Assembly (NCBI GenBank): GCA_949358305.1 | Contig: OX442314.1 | Coordinates: forward strand, 13,268,001-13,332,000 | DNA length: 64,000 nt | DNA from: Strigamia acuminata | Taxonomy: Eukaryota | Direction of reading: 5' to 3' | In this document: positions 17,101 through 32,286 of the stretch, one piece after another | Layout of the letters: each line of letters begins with the position of its first letter | Numbering within the stretch: the stretch's first letter is position 1 | Translations under genes and position numbers: made by a program | The notes under the pieces: model-generated | Seen by the model: only the letters and a program-made list of their open reading frames with translations | The model's database searches: none | Told to the model about the DNA's origin: nothing

Positions 17101-20100
17101 TAATTACCAAAAATGAGCTAACCCCAGGCAAATTTGGCCCTTTTAATGTTAAGACTAATTTTGGCTGCGGTGTTGAGTCTTGTTCCGTGCTCGAATTAAT
17201 TTCCCCAGTTCCTAAAACCAATAAATCAAAAATCAATAATTCCAAACATTGGCTCCAATAACGAATAATTAATCAACCTGGAGGAGGTATTTCAAGATCT
17301 GTCGTTTGATTGATATTCGTTCTTCCTGGTCTAGGATCAAATGCAGGAATCAAAGCTGAAAACTGTCTCTTCAACACGAATTCGTCGTCCCAACTTCGAC
17401 GTTTTCCGTTCCGACATTCGTATCCTTCCTCTTCCTACAACAAAAAATGAACAAAAATAAACAAATTAAATTACTCGAGCAAAATCCCAAACTACCATGA
17501 CGTCTTCGTAATCGTCGTCGTCCTCGTTCTCATCGTCTTCTTCGTTTTCATCCTCATCGGGTTCGGGTAATTCGTCGTCGTCCTCCAAATCGGCCAGTAA
17601 GGACGTTGCCCGACAACTCTCCAGGAAGTCCTGTGACATGGAAACAAGCTTCAAACCCAAAGAAATTTGGTCATAAAATTTTTAGGTTAGTTTTTCAAAT
17701 AATTGTAATTTCACGTTCGGCTACTAATGACTAAAACTAACAACAGACAATCAGAATCATTAATTAACCAACCTGCTCGCTTTCGCTCGACGTCGAAGTG
17801 AGACTCATAGTAAGTGCTTGACTTAATGATGCGACATTGCTGGTTGTAGTGCTCACGTTGGTCGCATTTGCATTGGGACATCCACTCGATGTCAGACTTG
17901 GATAACTCTGAGCTGTGCTAAGAAGACCTCCTACCGAAACAGAGTAGAAAAAACACTTGCAATTTAAAATTTACATCTTTCGAAACACCTTCCGCCAATT
18001 TTTTGTACACTTTAAAATGAAAATGAGACTCCTTTAGACCCAATTATCTTGCAGGATGTTTACATGTTTTCATTTGAATAGAGTTTTTTTTCTCTCGAAT
18101 TCACGAAGAAATAATAATAAGAATAAATAATGTCCTCCCAATTAAAATAAAAAACGAAAATAATTTCCAAAGAAAAGCTTGTGCTCTGTGCCAATCGAAC
18201 AAAACATTAATAAATTAACCATAACCAAAAAGAACAAACAAAAATTAAACAGGGTTTAATTTGCATGCAGCTTTCAATTAAATTTAAATTTAAATTAATA
18301 ATAATAAAATAAAAAATAATATTATTTTTAAATTAAATTAAATTAAATTAAATTTTAATCGAAACCAATCATCAACTCCAAAGTGATTAACAAAAACATC
18401 ATGCCAATCAATCAATCAATCAATCAATTCATTCACCCACAAAGAAAACAAAGAAAAAACAAAAGGCCAATCAATTAAAATACAAACAATTATAACAAAC
18501 TCTAACCTGGAAAATTGGATGAGAGCGCAAGCCTCACCAAACTGCTGACATTATTCGGGCCTCTCGGGAAGACAGAAGAGGCGACCGAATTATTGGAATT
18601 GTTGGCCCCAGGAGCGCCAGAAGCTCGGCGCCTAGCCACTGCGGCAAACGTCTCGAGTAGACTCCGAGAAGGTTCTGCTGTACACATACTGCTAGACAAG
18701 TTGGGCACACTAACGCTCATGGGGTTTGTGACAGTAGTGCGGGAGGGACTGTTGGGGGTGTCGCTCTTCTTACCAACAGCGTCCAGGTTGGCCACACCGG
18801 ACCCCGGCACAGACGCCATTGACGACGAAGTGGACGACGAGTTAAACACGTCGCCCGATTTCTGCTTCTCCCTTTTCAGTGCCTTGTCCTTCTCGTTTTT
18901 CACTTTCTCTCGCGCCGTCACGCGGCTCTCGGCGGCGGCTGACTTCGACGTAGACGGCGCCAAGCTGATCACCGAGGCTGACGTCACCATCACGGCGTTC
19001 GTGTACGCGGAGTTGAGGATGTCGTTGTTCCTCGAGTCGAGGAGCGGCGGCGGCGGCGTTTTGTGTTTCAAAAGGCTCTCCCGCGCTATTGCTATACCTA
19101 TTCCGTTATTCTCCTCGAGAACGGCGGCGTCTTGGATCGAAGAAACCATCGGCTCCGAGTGCACCACCACCGCCGTCTGCGCATTCATGGCCGTCGAAGT
19201 GATGGTGTTCGCTTCGTTGTGGTCCTCCTCCACTTGATTAATCGTCACGGCAACTAACGCCTCGGCGCTCGCCAAATTGATAACGCTCTCCGCTATCGTT
19301 AGCGCAGCCTAAACAAAAATTTCAAATCAAAAAATTAACTAAAAACCAAAATATTTATTCAAAATATTTATTCAAATTACCTTAGTTGTTATGTTATCAG
19401 CTGAAGCTGCTTGTTCCGTGCTCGCCACTGATGGGGTCGTGTTTTCTTCGGTCGCTTCTGGCAGACTGGGCGTCGAACTACTTTTACGACTAGTTAACAC
19501 ACTAGTGGTAGTTACACCCTTTGCCGACGAACTATCGGTCGTTACTGTTTTAGCTTTAGTAGTCGAAACCGTCACTGTATTTTGAACAACAGAGGTGATT
19601 GCGTGGGCTTCAGGATCGTAGCCGGGGGCCAATTTTAGGTCATATTTACCCTCAGCTCCCATACGGTACGAATTGGAACCCCCGTGATCCCACGTCACAT
19701 CAATCCAACCTTGCAACAAAAATACATCCCATTCAAATAACACAACCAAACACAACGCAAACTAAACAAAACGCCATCTCCGCCTACCATTATGAAGCTC
19801 GCCCGTGACGGTGCCTTCAGCCGAGGGATTCCCGTCCTGATCCCTCCATTTCCAATCAATTCCTCGCACAACCCGCGCTCCAACCACCATGTGTTTAAGA
19901 ACTTGAGTTCTCATAATTCGCCGCTGTCTCCTCAGATTCGCTTCGGCTTCTTTAGCAGCTTTACCTGAACAAATTCAATAATTATTATATTTCTATTACG
20001 TCACCACATTCACGTATTTACCGAGATCTTCGCACACTCCAGTCACCGACCCGTACACTTCGAATCCCGATAAAGACAAATAGTGAGTTTGCCCGCTTGC

Positions 20101-23100
20101 GTTTTTGCCACTTTGTTGAATTCGAATGTGTCTCCAACCCTGCGTTTCATCAGCGGGTGGTTCTATGGGCCACGAGGCAGTAGATCTGCAACAACAAAAT
20201 TAATAAACATTTTCAAGTCACTCTTAACAATCAATCGTACCCAGGTTCGTTTAAAGAACAATCGTCTATGTGGGTATACAGTGTTGTCCAATTTAATCCG
20301 TCTTTCGACGCTTGTAGAAACCAATTCCTGAGCGCCGATCTACCGTATCCCCTCGCATGCCTCACCGTGTAACTGCTCGGAATAATCCACAATCCCAAGT
20401 CTATCGCAAACCACGCTCTTCTAATTTACAAAACAAATTCATGTCGTCAATTACTGTAATTAATTAATTAATTTATTTATTTTTATCAAAATTTACTTGT
20501 CATCGTTAGTGTGGCAATTCAGTGCAGAATTATCACGACTCAGAATATCCTCTAGTCTCCCGTAAGGTAAATTGCGGCCTTCGGACGACGTTACAACGAC
20601 GAGGCCGTACTGTGCCGGATTAACCCATTCGTACGCGGTCCTGTAATAAGTCGCAAGTTGAGCAAACCGGGCATAATTTGGATGGATTGAACAAAACAAA
20701 CGGACCTTGAATTTGTGCCTATCCAATATATTATACCATTTTCGTCGAAATCGCGTTGGTGTTTGAATGTGACTTTCTGTCCTTCTTTTAGTTTTTTCAC
20801 AAAGGTGTAGGTCGACCGGTCGTAATCGTACCACTGTTTAGCAACCTAATTTCACATGATACGATCAACAAGAAGCACAAACTGACAAGACACACTTTAC
20901 CATTTTTAGTAGATATCTTTCCAATTGTCCTATAGTGGTTAAGGGTTCCATTTTTAAGCTCCGACTCGTCCTGTCGATTAGCGTGCTCTCACCAACTGCA
21001 CGCTCTAACCTAAATCGAAGCCTTCTCGTGAGAATCTACAAAAATAAATAACAAAAATACATTATTTTGTTCCAAAACCACAACCTCGAAGATCAAATAA
21101 CGCTAACGACATCAAACGTTACGTAAAATCTATTTTTATTACAATTATCGAGTAGCAATCCCCGATAAATACTTACTTGTAACCCATAACCAGAACTAGG
21201 CGTATCGTACAAGTATATCGGAAGTTTTTCAATGGATTCTAAAACTGCTACTAACTTTCGTACAATTGCAACACAAGGTGCCAAGGAACTAAAAATAAAT
21301 AAATACACAAATAAATAAAAACCCCAATGGAAATAAAAATCAAATTCTCACCCATCATCTTCATGCTTGTCCTTAAAACAATTTTTAAATATGCGAACCC
21401 TTTGTTTCAGTAATTTCTTTTTCTTCGAAAGACCCTTCATATTATCTCCATAAGTCTTTTAAAAAAAAAAAAAATTAATTTAAAAAAAAAGTTTTTTGTT
21501 TGTCATTTCAAATTGAATTGCAATTACATTCGGCGACAATAACTTGAGTAAAGCTTGAACCAGCCCGCTGCTATGCATTTCGTAAGCAGACACCGTCCTT
21601 TCATCATTCAGTAACTGTGTAAGTTCTTCGAGCGCGCCCCACAAAATCTCCTTCCACTCGTTCTCAATTTCCTTGTTGTTCAGCTGTTTCTGACACGCTC
21701 TTTCGATCTGCGCAACGATGTTACATAATTTAGCAACAACTCCCCGCGGTTGTGCCTGAGCCGCTTTGAAATGATGTTCGTACAGTTCTCGCGCCTGAAC
21801 TTTAACCTGAAATCAATCCTTAAGTTTCCACGTAGCTTCTTAAAAATGAAATACTGACGCATACTTTCTGCTTCATTGCCTCGATTTTCGATCGGAATCG
21901 TTTGCCTCTTTTGCCCGTCCAACCGGCAGCAAATTCAGGCCCTAATGTCGTTTCAGCCGTGAACGAATGTTTTGTTCCTCTGTTCGATTCGAAAATAAAC
22001 CCAGGTAACTCTTCGCGCAGTATGGTCGCTTGCTGCAATTCAAAAGTGTCAATTTCTAACGTAAAACTCACCAAATCAATTCGATAAACATACCTGTTGC
22101 CCATCCGAATTGTGGATGCACATTTCTCCTTCCTTTTTACAAACTAACGACCAATTCCCGACAACTAATCGCGTGCTACCGGGAACGGACAAAAGGGGTT
22201 GACTAGGGGTGCTGGGTTTAACTTGGCTGCGAGCCCGTTGTAATTTTTCTAGAAATTCGCCGCGATTCTCTGAAAAAATAACCAATTAGCTGCCGAATCG
22301 AGATAATTTCTCGTTTCGTTGTACCGGAGCTATCGGAACCACCTTCGGGGCTCCCGCTGGAGTACATCGTTGCCAGTTTGCCGTCCAGAATGAATCTAAA
22401 CCATCCGTTACTGCCGTTAGACAGTTCCAGAGCGGCCGCATCGCTCCATATGTACAAGCAATCGCGTCCTCTCGCGATGCACCAATCGCGCCAGTGATAT
22501 GGCTTGCCGGGAAGTATTTCTTTCGAGTCCTCCATCGCCACTTCTTCGTCGTCCTGCAGCAAAACACACTGTCGTAAAAATTAATCTCAAGCAATCAATT
22601 AAAAATCAATCGACAAAAGAATAATTACTCCGTCGTCTTTGGCTTTAGCTCCCTCCTCTTCGAGCTCGATGGGACCAGCTAACAACAACACTTTGCTAAA
22701 CACTCCCAATCGTGCGAAATGCTCCAGAAAAACATCTTTTCCTTTAATCATTAAATCTTGAATTATTTGCAAAGCTACTAAATGACCATCTTCGTATTCC
22801 TAAACAGGAAAAACGTCAATTAATCCGCAAAATTTATCAAAAACAAAACAAATTTACTTCGTTATCTAACACCGTTGCAATCACTTCGACTAACATGGAC
22901 GCAAAAATTGATCCACCACATTCAGGATTACACACATCTGCTAAAAGTGACGGTTGAATGTAGTGGACCATTTTTCGAATTAAACTGAGGCTAGCTTTTC
23001 TATAATACAAAAAAAAATATATAAAAACACATAAAAATACTCCGTTTAATTATTTCATTTATACCTGACTGAGTGAATCATTGTACTGTGATATGTTTGG

Positions 23101-25376
23101 CAAAAAACTGGAAGTAGCCTCCTCAAATAAACCGGAGCCATGTCCGGGTCACCCTTGGGTTCACTGTCGTCGCTTTCGCCAATGTCTTCCTTCTTCTCTT
23201 TGTTATCGACTGGCATCATCCACTCGCCTGCGAACGAAGCCAATTAAAGCATTTCAAACACTCCGCATCCGACATCAATTTACCAGGCGATTGAAGAATT
23301 CCGGCCACCTCTCGATGCCCTTCTTCATTTCTTTCCCTCGCTTTGTCTAATGGAGTTTTGCCGTCTTCATCACGCAAATCAGGATTAGCACCATGTCTGA
23401 GCAAAACTTTAGCAATTGCCGGACGTCCGAAACAAGCCGCGTAGTGAAGTGAAGACGATCTTTGGCCTTTGTTGACGTCTGCACCTCTATCACAGAGAAA
23501 TTCCACCTGATCCCCCAACAAAACGGGAGAAAAAAATAAACACAATAAACATTATTCGGTTGATACCACAAACACAATTGTATGAACGATCCAAGTAAAC
23601 CTCGTCAATAACCTACCATCTCTTGCGTCCCAAAAGCGGAGGCCCAATTTAATAGTGTTTGTCCAACGTCGTCCATAAAATTGACTTCAATTCCTTAATA
23701 GAAAAAACAAATAAGTAATCTACTCCCAACTACGTACAAAATGCAAACAAAAAAACACTTCACCTCCCGCGTCTATCGCATCAATCAGAGCATCGGTGTC
23801 TTTACTTCGAATACAATCTATCAATTGCCGATGCGTTCTTTCACCGGCACTGTCCATTCTTCGCAAACCTGGAAGACGGCTAGTCACACTAGATATACCA
23901 GATTTGGGAAGTGCTTTTCGGCCTTCAAATAGTAACACTAATAAAAGATCAACTAGACGCATCGTGTCTAAAACGCATCTGTTTTTAAAAAATTAAAATT
24001 ATTATTGTTATTTATTTAATTAATTCCTACGAACCTTTCATCTCCCTGTAGTGCTCGCTCAATAGCTTCTGGTAATTCAGACCTTAAAAGATCCTAAATA
24101 TAAAGACAAATTAGGTAAATGAGCTAAAATTTCATTTTTTATTTTATTTTATATAAATCGTACGTGTGTTATACTAGGAGATCCACGACAAAGTGTTGAT
24201 AACAGACTAATAATAGTGGAAACGCTTGGCGACGATTTTGTTTCTGTAGTGGTCGCAGCTGGACCGCCAGGAGTCCCGGAGACACTGGGGACAGCGTGGG
24301 GCACTGCAGCATTTGAAAGGCGAGTTAACAATTCATAAACCAAGCCGTGTTCCGCCAATGGGGCTGGATCAACACCCCTTCTCGTGAACCGATCTGCCAA
24401 AGAAGCAAAACATCGGAGAGCACCATCTGCAACCTGATTCAAAAACAAATTAATTTAATTTAATTTAATTTAAAAAAAAAAATTTAAATTTACATGACTA
24501 TCTTCGTGTTTTAGAAGAGTCGAGAGAGATTCAACACAAGTTGGGAGCGACGCATCCTGAGGTTCCATTTTGCCGCACAACCGCGAAACCACAGCCATTG
24601 CCGAGTGTAATGTATCTTTGTGCACTAACGACCCGTTATCGCGAATGAAAGTGAGAACACAATTTAATCCACCTGCTTCGAAAACAGCTCCCGCTTCACG
24701 AGTGCATATTAACTCCAAAACCTAGAAAAAATTAAAAAAAATTAAAAAAAAAACTCAACAAAACTTCAAATCAAAATGGATCTAATCAAATCATCACCTT
24801 AATACACTGCTCGGAAAGATCTTTACTAGTACGAGAAGATAACTCGGCAACAACAAGTCTATTGCACATTGCTTTAATGGCACCGTCAACAGCGACAATC
24901 CGTCTGGTGCATTCTGCCGACACGTCCAAATAGTAAGTTATTGCTCTGGCAGTCACTTCTAAAACATTATCAGGAGCACATTCGTCCAAAAATATTCGAC
25001 ACAGCGCTGGAAGAAACGTTCTCGGTGGACAACTAAAAAAATGATAATAATAATAAAAAAATTAAAATAAGAAAATAATAAAAATAATAAATAGGGATTA
25101 AAACAAATTAAACCATTGATTTAATACGTTATTACGCAATAAAACACGACGAGATGAAAATAAAATTGGAATTTGATATGTAATCGCAAATAGGGGTTTG
25201 AAAAAGATGAGTCATTAGTTAAATATTGAAACTAACCTTTCAAAACATCTATCCACGTTATCCGACATTAACAATAGCATACATAATTGTTCTAAAGCAA
25301 TGAGTTGCATATCCCTTTCATCTCCTTGGCCCATATTCAACCACTCGAGCAAGGTTTCGGGGTCGACCTCCGCCAT
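14108..25376 (-). CDS. HECTD1: HECT E3 ubiquitin ligase HECTD1 (ARM, ankyrin, SUN-like, MIB/HERC2, HECT), many short introns
   Basis: Start [32 protein letters not shown], ankyrin [44 protein letters not shown] end [19 protein letters not shown]...KGFHLN*. Confidence 0.97.
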
Positions 25377-26383
25377 TTTGATGTATTAGGCCCAGTGGTG
25401 ATAAGCCTACGGTTTAGTTCAAACTCTTGTACGGTAGCTTACAGATGCTCCAATCAGTCGGAGACGAGGTAGCAGAAGGATACCAACATCAAATTCGCAA
25501 ACCTACGTGGCCAAAATGGAATGCTAATTAAAATTACGTCAGCTGTTCGTTTCGTTAAATGAATGAACGCATTAGGTAGCTGATCCGAACACAAAAGAAC
25601 TGTGCACCTACCCACTGAATTCCTTCCACTTTTCACATTATCTTGTACGAGATTTCGAGGGACGATGGAGAAAATATTCTATCTAGAAATTCGATTGGAA
25701 ACAGTTCAAATTCTCCTGTTGCGACTCACAATCACAAGCACGGCAGAGCATCCAACGCGATAAACCTTATAGTCACTTAGCACGATTGGTTGGCCTCGAT
25801 TTCACAACCCTGATCCGTGCATCGTAAAAAGCAAACTATGAGAGCGTCATTGATTACACGGCGACTGCTGGTGACGAATATTTGAAGTTTTTATCGAATT
25901 TTCTGCCGGCGAATAAATATTCGAATTAAATTTAGAACATCTTTTGTTTTGTTAGTTAATTTCTTTATTAAACTGTAAGGAAATAATGTAGGGATGTAAT
26001 GTAACGCACGATTTTAGGTAGTTTCGTTGTTAGATCGTTTTTTAAGAAAATAATAACATGTCAGGCCTAATCTTTTAATGAATAAGCACACGTGATACAA
26101 ATTTTAAAATAAACAAAAACAATAAACGAAGAGCTTTCGATTACATAAAATGAGTTTACAAATGATTTCTATTGAAATTGAAAATTTGTTAATTTAGTTT
26201 CGTTAAAAAAATTCAAACTTATGTCCTGTTTTGTCGGATTTTACGACAAAACAAGAAGTCTTAAACTTACTAATCAAAATTAAACGAACAATATGTTCAT
26301 TACTTCAAAAAAATATCATGTAGTGTGAAAAATAAAAACCATGAAGTATGTAATCCATGAAATATATAAACACCACAATAAGT

Positions 26384-26971
26384 TTATTGGGTTTTCGCTG
26401 CCTGGCGTCGAAGCAAAATGTAGATCTTCTCCTTGATCCAATCTTTGTTGTAGGGGGCGTAGCTGTTTGAATTTCTTTGGTACCTAAAAAAAACAACACG
26501 AAACAAATTAAACGCAATTCAAATTAAAACCAAACCATGTAACTTACACGAGACAACTTAAATCAGTCAACTGATCCACAAAATCAAACAACTGACTGAT
26601 ATCGTATGTAATTGAAGGGGTGTTGGGATTCTGCCTTTTCAAATGGTCTTCGTACATCTTGCACACGCCTTAAATTTAAAACAAAACACACAAAAAATTA
26701 CTTTTAATTCGGATTAATTTAATTTCACCAACTCGGACGAGATTTGGTTGAGTTATGAGCGGAAATTCAGCCTCTACGCGCACGTTATTTAACATTTATT
26801 TAAATTCTCAATTGATTGTACCTTCCATGCATTCGTTGACAGATTCGTAATCCGAATACGTTCTCGTGTCCGGCTTCACCCCCGGTTGCACCAGTAAAAT
26901 TGTATGCGACTGGAAATAAAATAGGTTAGAAAACTTCGCTTTTAAATTCCGAACAAACAAATCCAGACCAT
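26384..26971 (-). CDS. ERH: Enhancer of rudimentary homolog, 4 exons (first coding exon is only the ATG); missed by the ORF track
   Basis: Manual splice: [103 protein letters not shown]. Confidence 0.97.
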
Positions 26972-27395
26972 TTTTCCCGACGAATAAACTCAGAACTGGA
27001 TTAGTCGAACGTGGCTTCTGACAGAACCTAGCCGGCGCTGGTACCCGTTTAGGTTTTGGTTTTCTCGATCTGGCGCTACGGTGCTGCCACCGTGTTTAAA
27101 TAAACAAACAAATACGCTTCGTTTACGTTTAAAAATAATTTAAAAAGAAAATAAAACAATTCGTATTACAAACGTAAGAGAAAAAAAAATTTAATTGAAT
27201 AAATAAAAACGGAATTGCAAATGGCGTTTAATCGTTTTATCTTCGATTTTTATAAACGGGTGCGAATCGTGGCTCCCCTTGGTGGAGTATTGTGAAAGTG
27301 GTGTTGATTTAATGGTGTGTTCAGTGGAGTGTCGTAAGTGTAGTCGTGTTCAAACATATCGGCATGATCTTTAGTTTTCTATTTATTACAAACTG
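26972..27395. promoter_or_regulatory. Probable bidirectional promoter between ERH and ZIP9
   Basis: Only 424 bp separate the two divergent start codons. Confidence 0.7.
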
Positions 27396-28622
27396 ATGGA
27401 TGAAACTTGGGTGCTCATTTTGCTCTCACTGGCTATGCTAGTGGGTTGCTATGTTTTTGGAATTATACCGTTAATTTGCAATCTCTCAGAGGTAGATCAA
27501 TTCATTTCCCGGTCGGTCACGTTTTTTTATTATTTCGGATTTATTTTTCAGGAAAAACTTCAGATCACTTCAGTTTTGGGAGCTGGTTTGTTAGTGGGAA
27601 CTGCCTTAGCTGTCATCATACCGGAAGGCGTAAACACATTGTATTCGACACAAAAAGGTACGGTACAGAAAACCAGTATGTTGCAATAACCTTATTTCTT
27701 TTTTTTAAAAAAAATATTTTTCATTTTTTTTTCAGTGTTCAATGCTGCGGAACAGAAAGACACGGCTTCAAACTTAACTCAAGCGCACGTCCATAGCAAC
27801 TTGCACAATCAAATTGGCATGGCTTTAGTCCTAGGGTTTGTTTTCATGCTCATCGTTGACCAAATTGGAGGCGGACACGGCAGAAGTCAAGGTTACAAAG
27901 AAGGAAACTAATGCAACGTTTCAGTTAATTAATTTTTCGCGTTATTAGATGCCGAAAGTGGTCTTGGGAAAGACAGAACTAAAATCACGGCTACATTAGG
28001 ACTCGTTGTGCATGCTGCAGGTTGCTTGAATTTGTCGTTTATTTCTGAAATATTTTTAAAATAATCAATTTTTTCTTGTGTTTTTATCTAGCTGATGGTG
28101 TTGCTCTTGGAGCAGCAGCTACCACTTCTCACACTGACGTCGAAATGATAGTTTTTATCGCTATCATGCTTCACAAGGCACCAGCAGCCTTCGGTCTCGT
28201 AACATTCCTTTTACATGCGGGTCTTGATCGGAGTCGTATAAAGCGACATCTTCTCATATTTGCTTTATCTGCACCTGTGCTTGCCGTTGTCACTTATTTC
28301 GGGATCAGTCAGGTGTGAACAACTGTTATTTAAATGGAATTTTTTCGTTTGATTAATTAAATTTTGATTTTTTTTAAAAAATGTTTAGGAGCGGAAGGAA
28401 ACATTAAGCACAATGAATGCAACTGGTTTTGCAATGTTATTCAGTGCTGGCACTTTCTTATACGTGGCTACAGTTCACGTTTTACCAGAAATTATTCTAC
28501 GCTCTCAACATCATGGCTCAACTATTAGTGATAGTAGTAAAACTTTTCAGAAAAAGGAACTTTTCACACTCATACTTGGTGCAACCGCACCGCTCTTGTT
28601 GGCTATCGGACATCATCATTAA
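27396..28622 (+). CDS. SLC39A9: Zinc transporter ZIP9, 6 exons
   Basis: [70 protein letters not shown]-terminal GHHH*. Confidence 0.95.
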
Positions 28623-29209
28623 ACAAAAAGAAAAAGAAAAAAAATTGGGAAATATATGAATATGATATTGTTTATATTTTTATGATTTATTTGACAGAAC
28701 AATGAGAAAAACGTAAAATGTATAAATTTATTTGTACTTTTATTGTGATTTTTTATGTTGTGGAAAATTAGGTTGTTTTGTTTAAATAAATAAATAATTT
28801 CGTTATTTAAAAAGCAATAATGTTGCCATTTATATAGGAAGAGGAAGATAATAGGCGTATTTTTTAAAACAAAAAAATTCTTGTCTGGTATATTGTAGAT
28901 ATAATCACGTAACAGTTAATTCAGAATACGATTAAGCAATGATTGGAACAAGCGTTATTAAATTATTATCATTGAAATATCAGAGGAAAATGCTCTCGCA
29001 GTACTTAAAAGAAAAATTCGGATATTTCGTATTGTCCGATCTGTGTCCCGATTGCACCGCCATCACGTGTGAGTGAAAGAAACAACTTATCACAGACTGA
29101 CACATCGCCAAGTTTTTTCCTACTCGTTGCAGACCGGCTACCGATTGCGGTTGTTTTCGTTTAGAGCAAGGTTGCATTTAGTGTAGTGTTCGTTCGATCG
29201 GTTTTCAAC

Positions 29210-31029
29210 ATGGATCTTTGTTCTATTTTGTTCTTCGTGTGCGTGGTTTGTGCCGTTGTTGTTGGTGTTATTTTAGCGCGATCTGATAGTGATTTGACAT
29301 TGTGGTTTTTGGAAAAATGGGGGAAGCCTCTGAGTGAGTATTTGTAAACTTGGAGGTATCTTAGCAACATAAATAATTCTTTCTTTTTTATCTTGTAAAC
29401 AGATAGCTTGGCGGGGAAAGTGGTGTGGATCGTCGGGGCCTCGAGTGGAATCGGCGAGTTTTTGGCGTACGAACTTGCGAGTCAGGGAGCCAAGTTGGTT
29501 TTATCAGCCAGACGAGAAGATGAATTAAATAGAGTTAAAGCTGAATGTTTAAGTAAGTAAAAATAATTTTTTAATGCAAATTTCCATTGATAAAATTGCA
29601 ATGAAATTTTTTTTATTACAAAAATGCAGTTTCAGGAACTAAAAATCGAAAAATAAAATTCTTTTTGAGTATTTAACAAAGCTGAGATAATTATTGTATT
29701 TGTTGGAAAATGCTTTATGAAAATAAGAGAAACTGTATTTTCTTGATTTCTACTTGTATTATGAAATGTGCATTTGATCGATCACTACATCTGTGAACAA
29801 TGATTTTCTAGAACGAGGAAAGTCTACAAGTGCAGACATATTAGTTCAGCAATTGGATGTAACCTCGGCTGTCACTCATTCTGCAAAGGTTCAGGAAGTG
29901 CTAAACCATTTTGGACAGGTGCTAAATAATAAACAGTAACAAATAAATGTATGGTAAAAATAACTTTGTATTGTAGGTGGATGTCTTGGTAAACAATGCC
30001 GGTCGTACTCAGCGTGCACGATGGGAGAAAATCGATTTAGATGTCGATCGTCAACTTTTTGAACTCAACGTTTTCGGGATTATAAATTTAACTCGCTGTT
30101 TATTGCCGAGCTTTCTCAGCAAAAAGAAAGGACACGTGGTCACCATGAGCAGTTTGGCAGGAAAAATGGGTATATTCGAAATAATATGTGAAATAAATCC
30201 AAATTTCAATAAAACTAAAAATAAATACTGGTAAACATATGCGACAGGTGTTCCCGGTTCCGCTTCTTACACAGGATCAAAACACGCTCTGCATGTTCGT
30301 ATATAATCAAACCGAATAAATTACCTTCGTAATCATTTCTCTTAGGGTTACATGGAGTCTCTGCGATGGGAAAAAAGCCGTGACCGTATTGACGTCACCA
30401 TGTTGTGCCCGGGACCCGTAATGTCGAACTTATTGGAGACAGCTTTCACAGGAAATGTTGGCGAAGTAATACATTTGTTTTTAAAAATATATCGAATGGA
30501 AAATACTAGATGCATTCATAAATTAATTTCGACTAAACCGTATTTTAAACATCATATTTAACCTCCTTTTCTCGATCTATTCGTAACTTCAAAAATCGTG
30601 ACCGATTTAATCTATTTTTAGTCGCAGTGGGCATGCGCAGGACATTTAAATAACAAAACATTTTAAACATGACTTTATGAATGGACCTAGTAAAATACTT
30701 ACCTTTCTTAAATAGGTTGCGGATCAAAAATGGTCGATGAAAGACAACCGTATGCCCACCGATCGTTGTGCTCGTTTGTGCGCCGTCGCCATTGCTAACA
30801 GAGTCGACGAAGCGTGGATTAGCAACCAACCGCTGCTGTTATCTGTTTACGCAATGCAATACTTGCCGACCATTACTCGAATGTAAGTTGATGTTGAATT
30901 TGTTGGTACTCAAAAGTAATCGAATTAATACGATGTCTAAATATTTGCTCGCGTTTCAGGCTTGGTTCTGTGCTTGGTTACAAAACGATGATGAAAAGTC
31001 GTGACGGCTCGTCCGCAAAAACAAAATGA
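29210..31029 (+). CDS. DHRS7: Short-chain dehydrogenase/reductase DHRS7-like, copy 1 (8 exons)
   Basis: N-terminal [26 protein letters not shown], catalytic [28 protein letters not shown]. Confidence 0.9.
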
Positions 31030-31495
31030 AATTCATATCAAGCTACATGCTGAGCTGGATAAAATCAAATAACTCATTCCGTTCTTTTCGTCTGTGTTAG
31101 ATTACTACTGTTTGTATTTGAAAGACTTTTTTTTTCCTTACACAATAATGTATTAAGGTACTATAATAATTAAAAAAAAATTTTCTTTATACATTTAACT
31201 GATAAAATTTCAACAGCACTTATTTGTACAATATTTAAAAAAATGTACAAATTCGTGTAAAACAAACTGATCAAAACAAATTTATTTGGCTGGCCATCAT
31301 ATTTACCTTACAAATAAAACGAAATTATACAGACCTAAATAAACATATGAATCGGCGCATAAAATTGCAATAGCTCAAAACGTTAACAGTGATATGACCA
31401 TATCGAAAAATGATATCGTTTTCAACCATATGTAAGAAATTGTTAGTGCCCTGATACTACAATATGATCTGCTGCTTAATCAGCTTTTCGTATTA

Positions 31496-31545
31496 CAGTC
31501 GAACCTCCTTACAACGAATCGCGATATAACGAATTACGGTTTTGA
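31496..31545. mobile_element. Single end of a Tigger/pogo-like MITE
   Basis: TA followed by CAGTCGAACCTCCTTACAACGAATCGC, similar to the TIR of the complete element at 34363; matching other end not found. Confidence 0.45.
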
Positions 31546-32286
31546 ACGTTTTCTAAACTTATGAAACAGGTGTTATTTTAAAACCTGTTCACGAAAAAAA
31601 AAATAAAGCTTCTCACAGATTACTTTTTAGGTAAATTTCATCCTTTTGAACCATTTTATAAAATCTGGGTGCTAACTTCTTTCAATTCTAGGTTTAGCAG
31701 CCCTAAAGTTTGATCTTAGCCATTTTTTAATTTTTTTCTAAACTTATGAAAAGGGAGTCGTATTTGTTATAACAAATAGGTAAAAATGGCCTATTTGGTT
31801 AGTTGGCTCTTGGACGAGGTTGGCCATAGAACACCACGTTTAAAAAAATTCGTTATAACATGGGACGATGACGACCTTTTAATCCTACCAACTAGTAGTA
31901 CCAGGGATAGATTGTATCAAGTGAACGGAGTTAGATATAAATACAGTACAAAATGGTTCTCAGTACATTACACTTTAATGGTTACCGGATATAATTATCA
32001 CAATAATTATTCCGGCCAATATAAATAAAATACTAAATTATATTATTATACAAAGTACTAATGCCAACATGTGGCTCTATCACATTATAAACTATACAAT
32101 ACATTGGCTGAATGACCCAAAAATAATATCATTACGTTTTGCTGATCATCCGGTCCAGAAAAGAATGGAACTTTCCTGTATTTGGAAATATTGATGTCAT
32201 CTAAGCCGGTCTGGGTCAGCCTCGTGGTCCGGTTCATCACGTAATGTGTCGTCAGCTTCGATCGGAGAGGTGCTGTTGACTTTGCT

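Noticed and set aside
18515..19237. 240-aa plus-strand ORF, and similar antisense ORFs over the neurexin and TIGD-like genes
   Set aside because: Shadow frames opposite GC-rich coding exons
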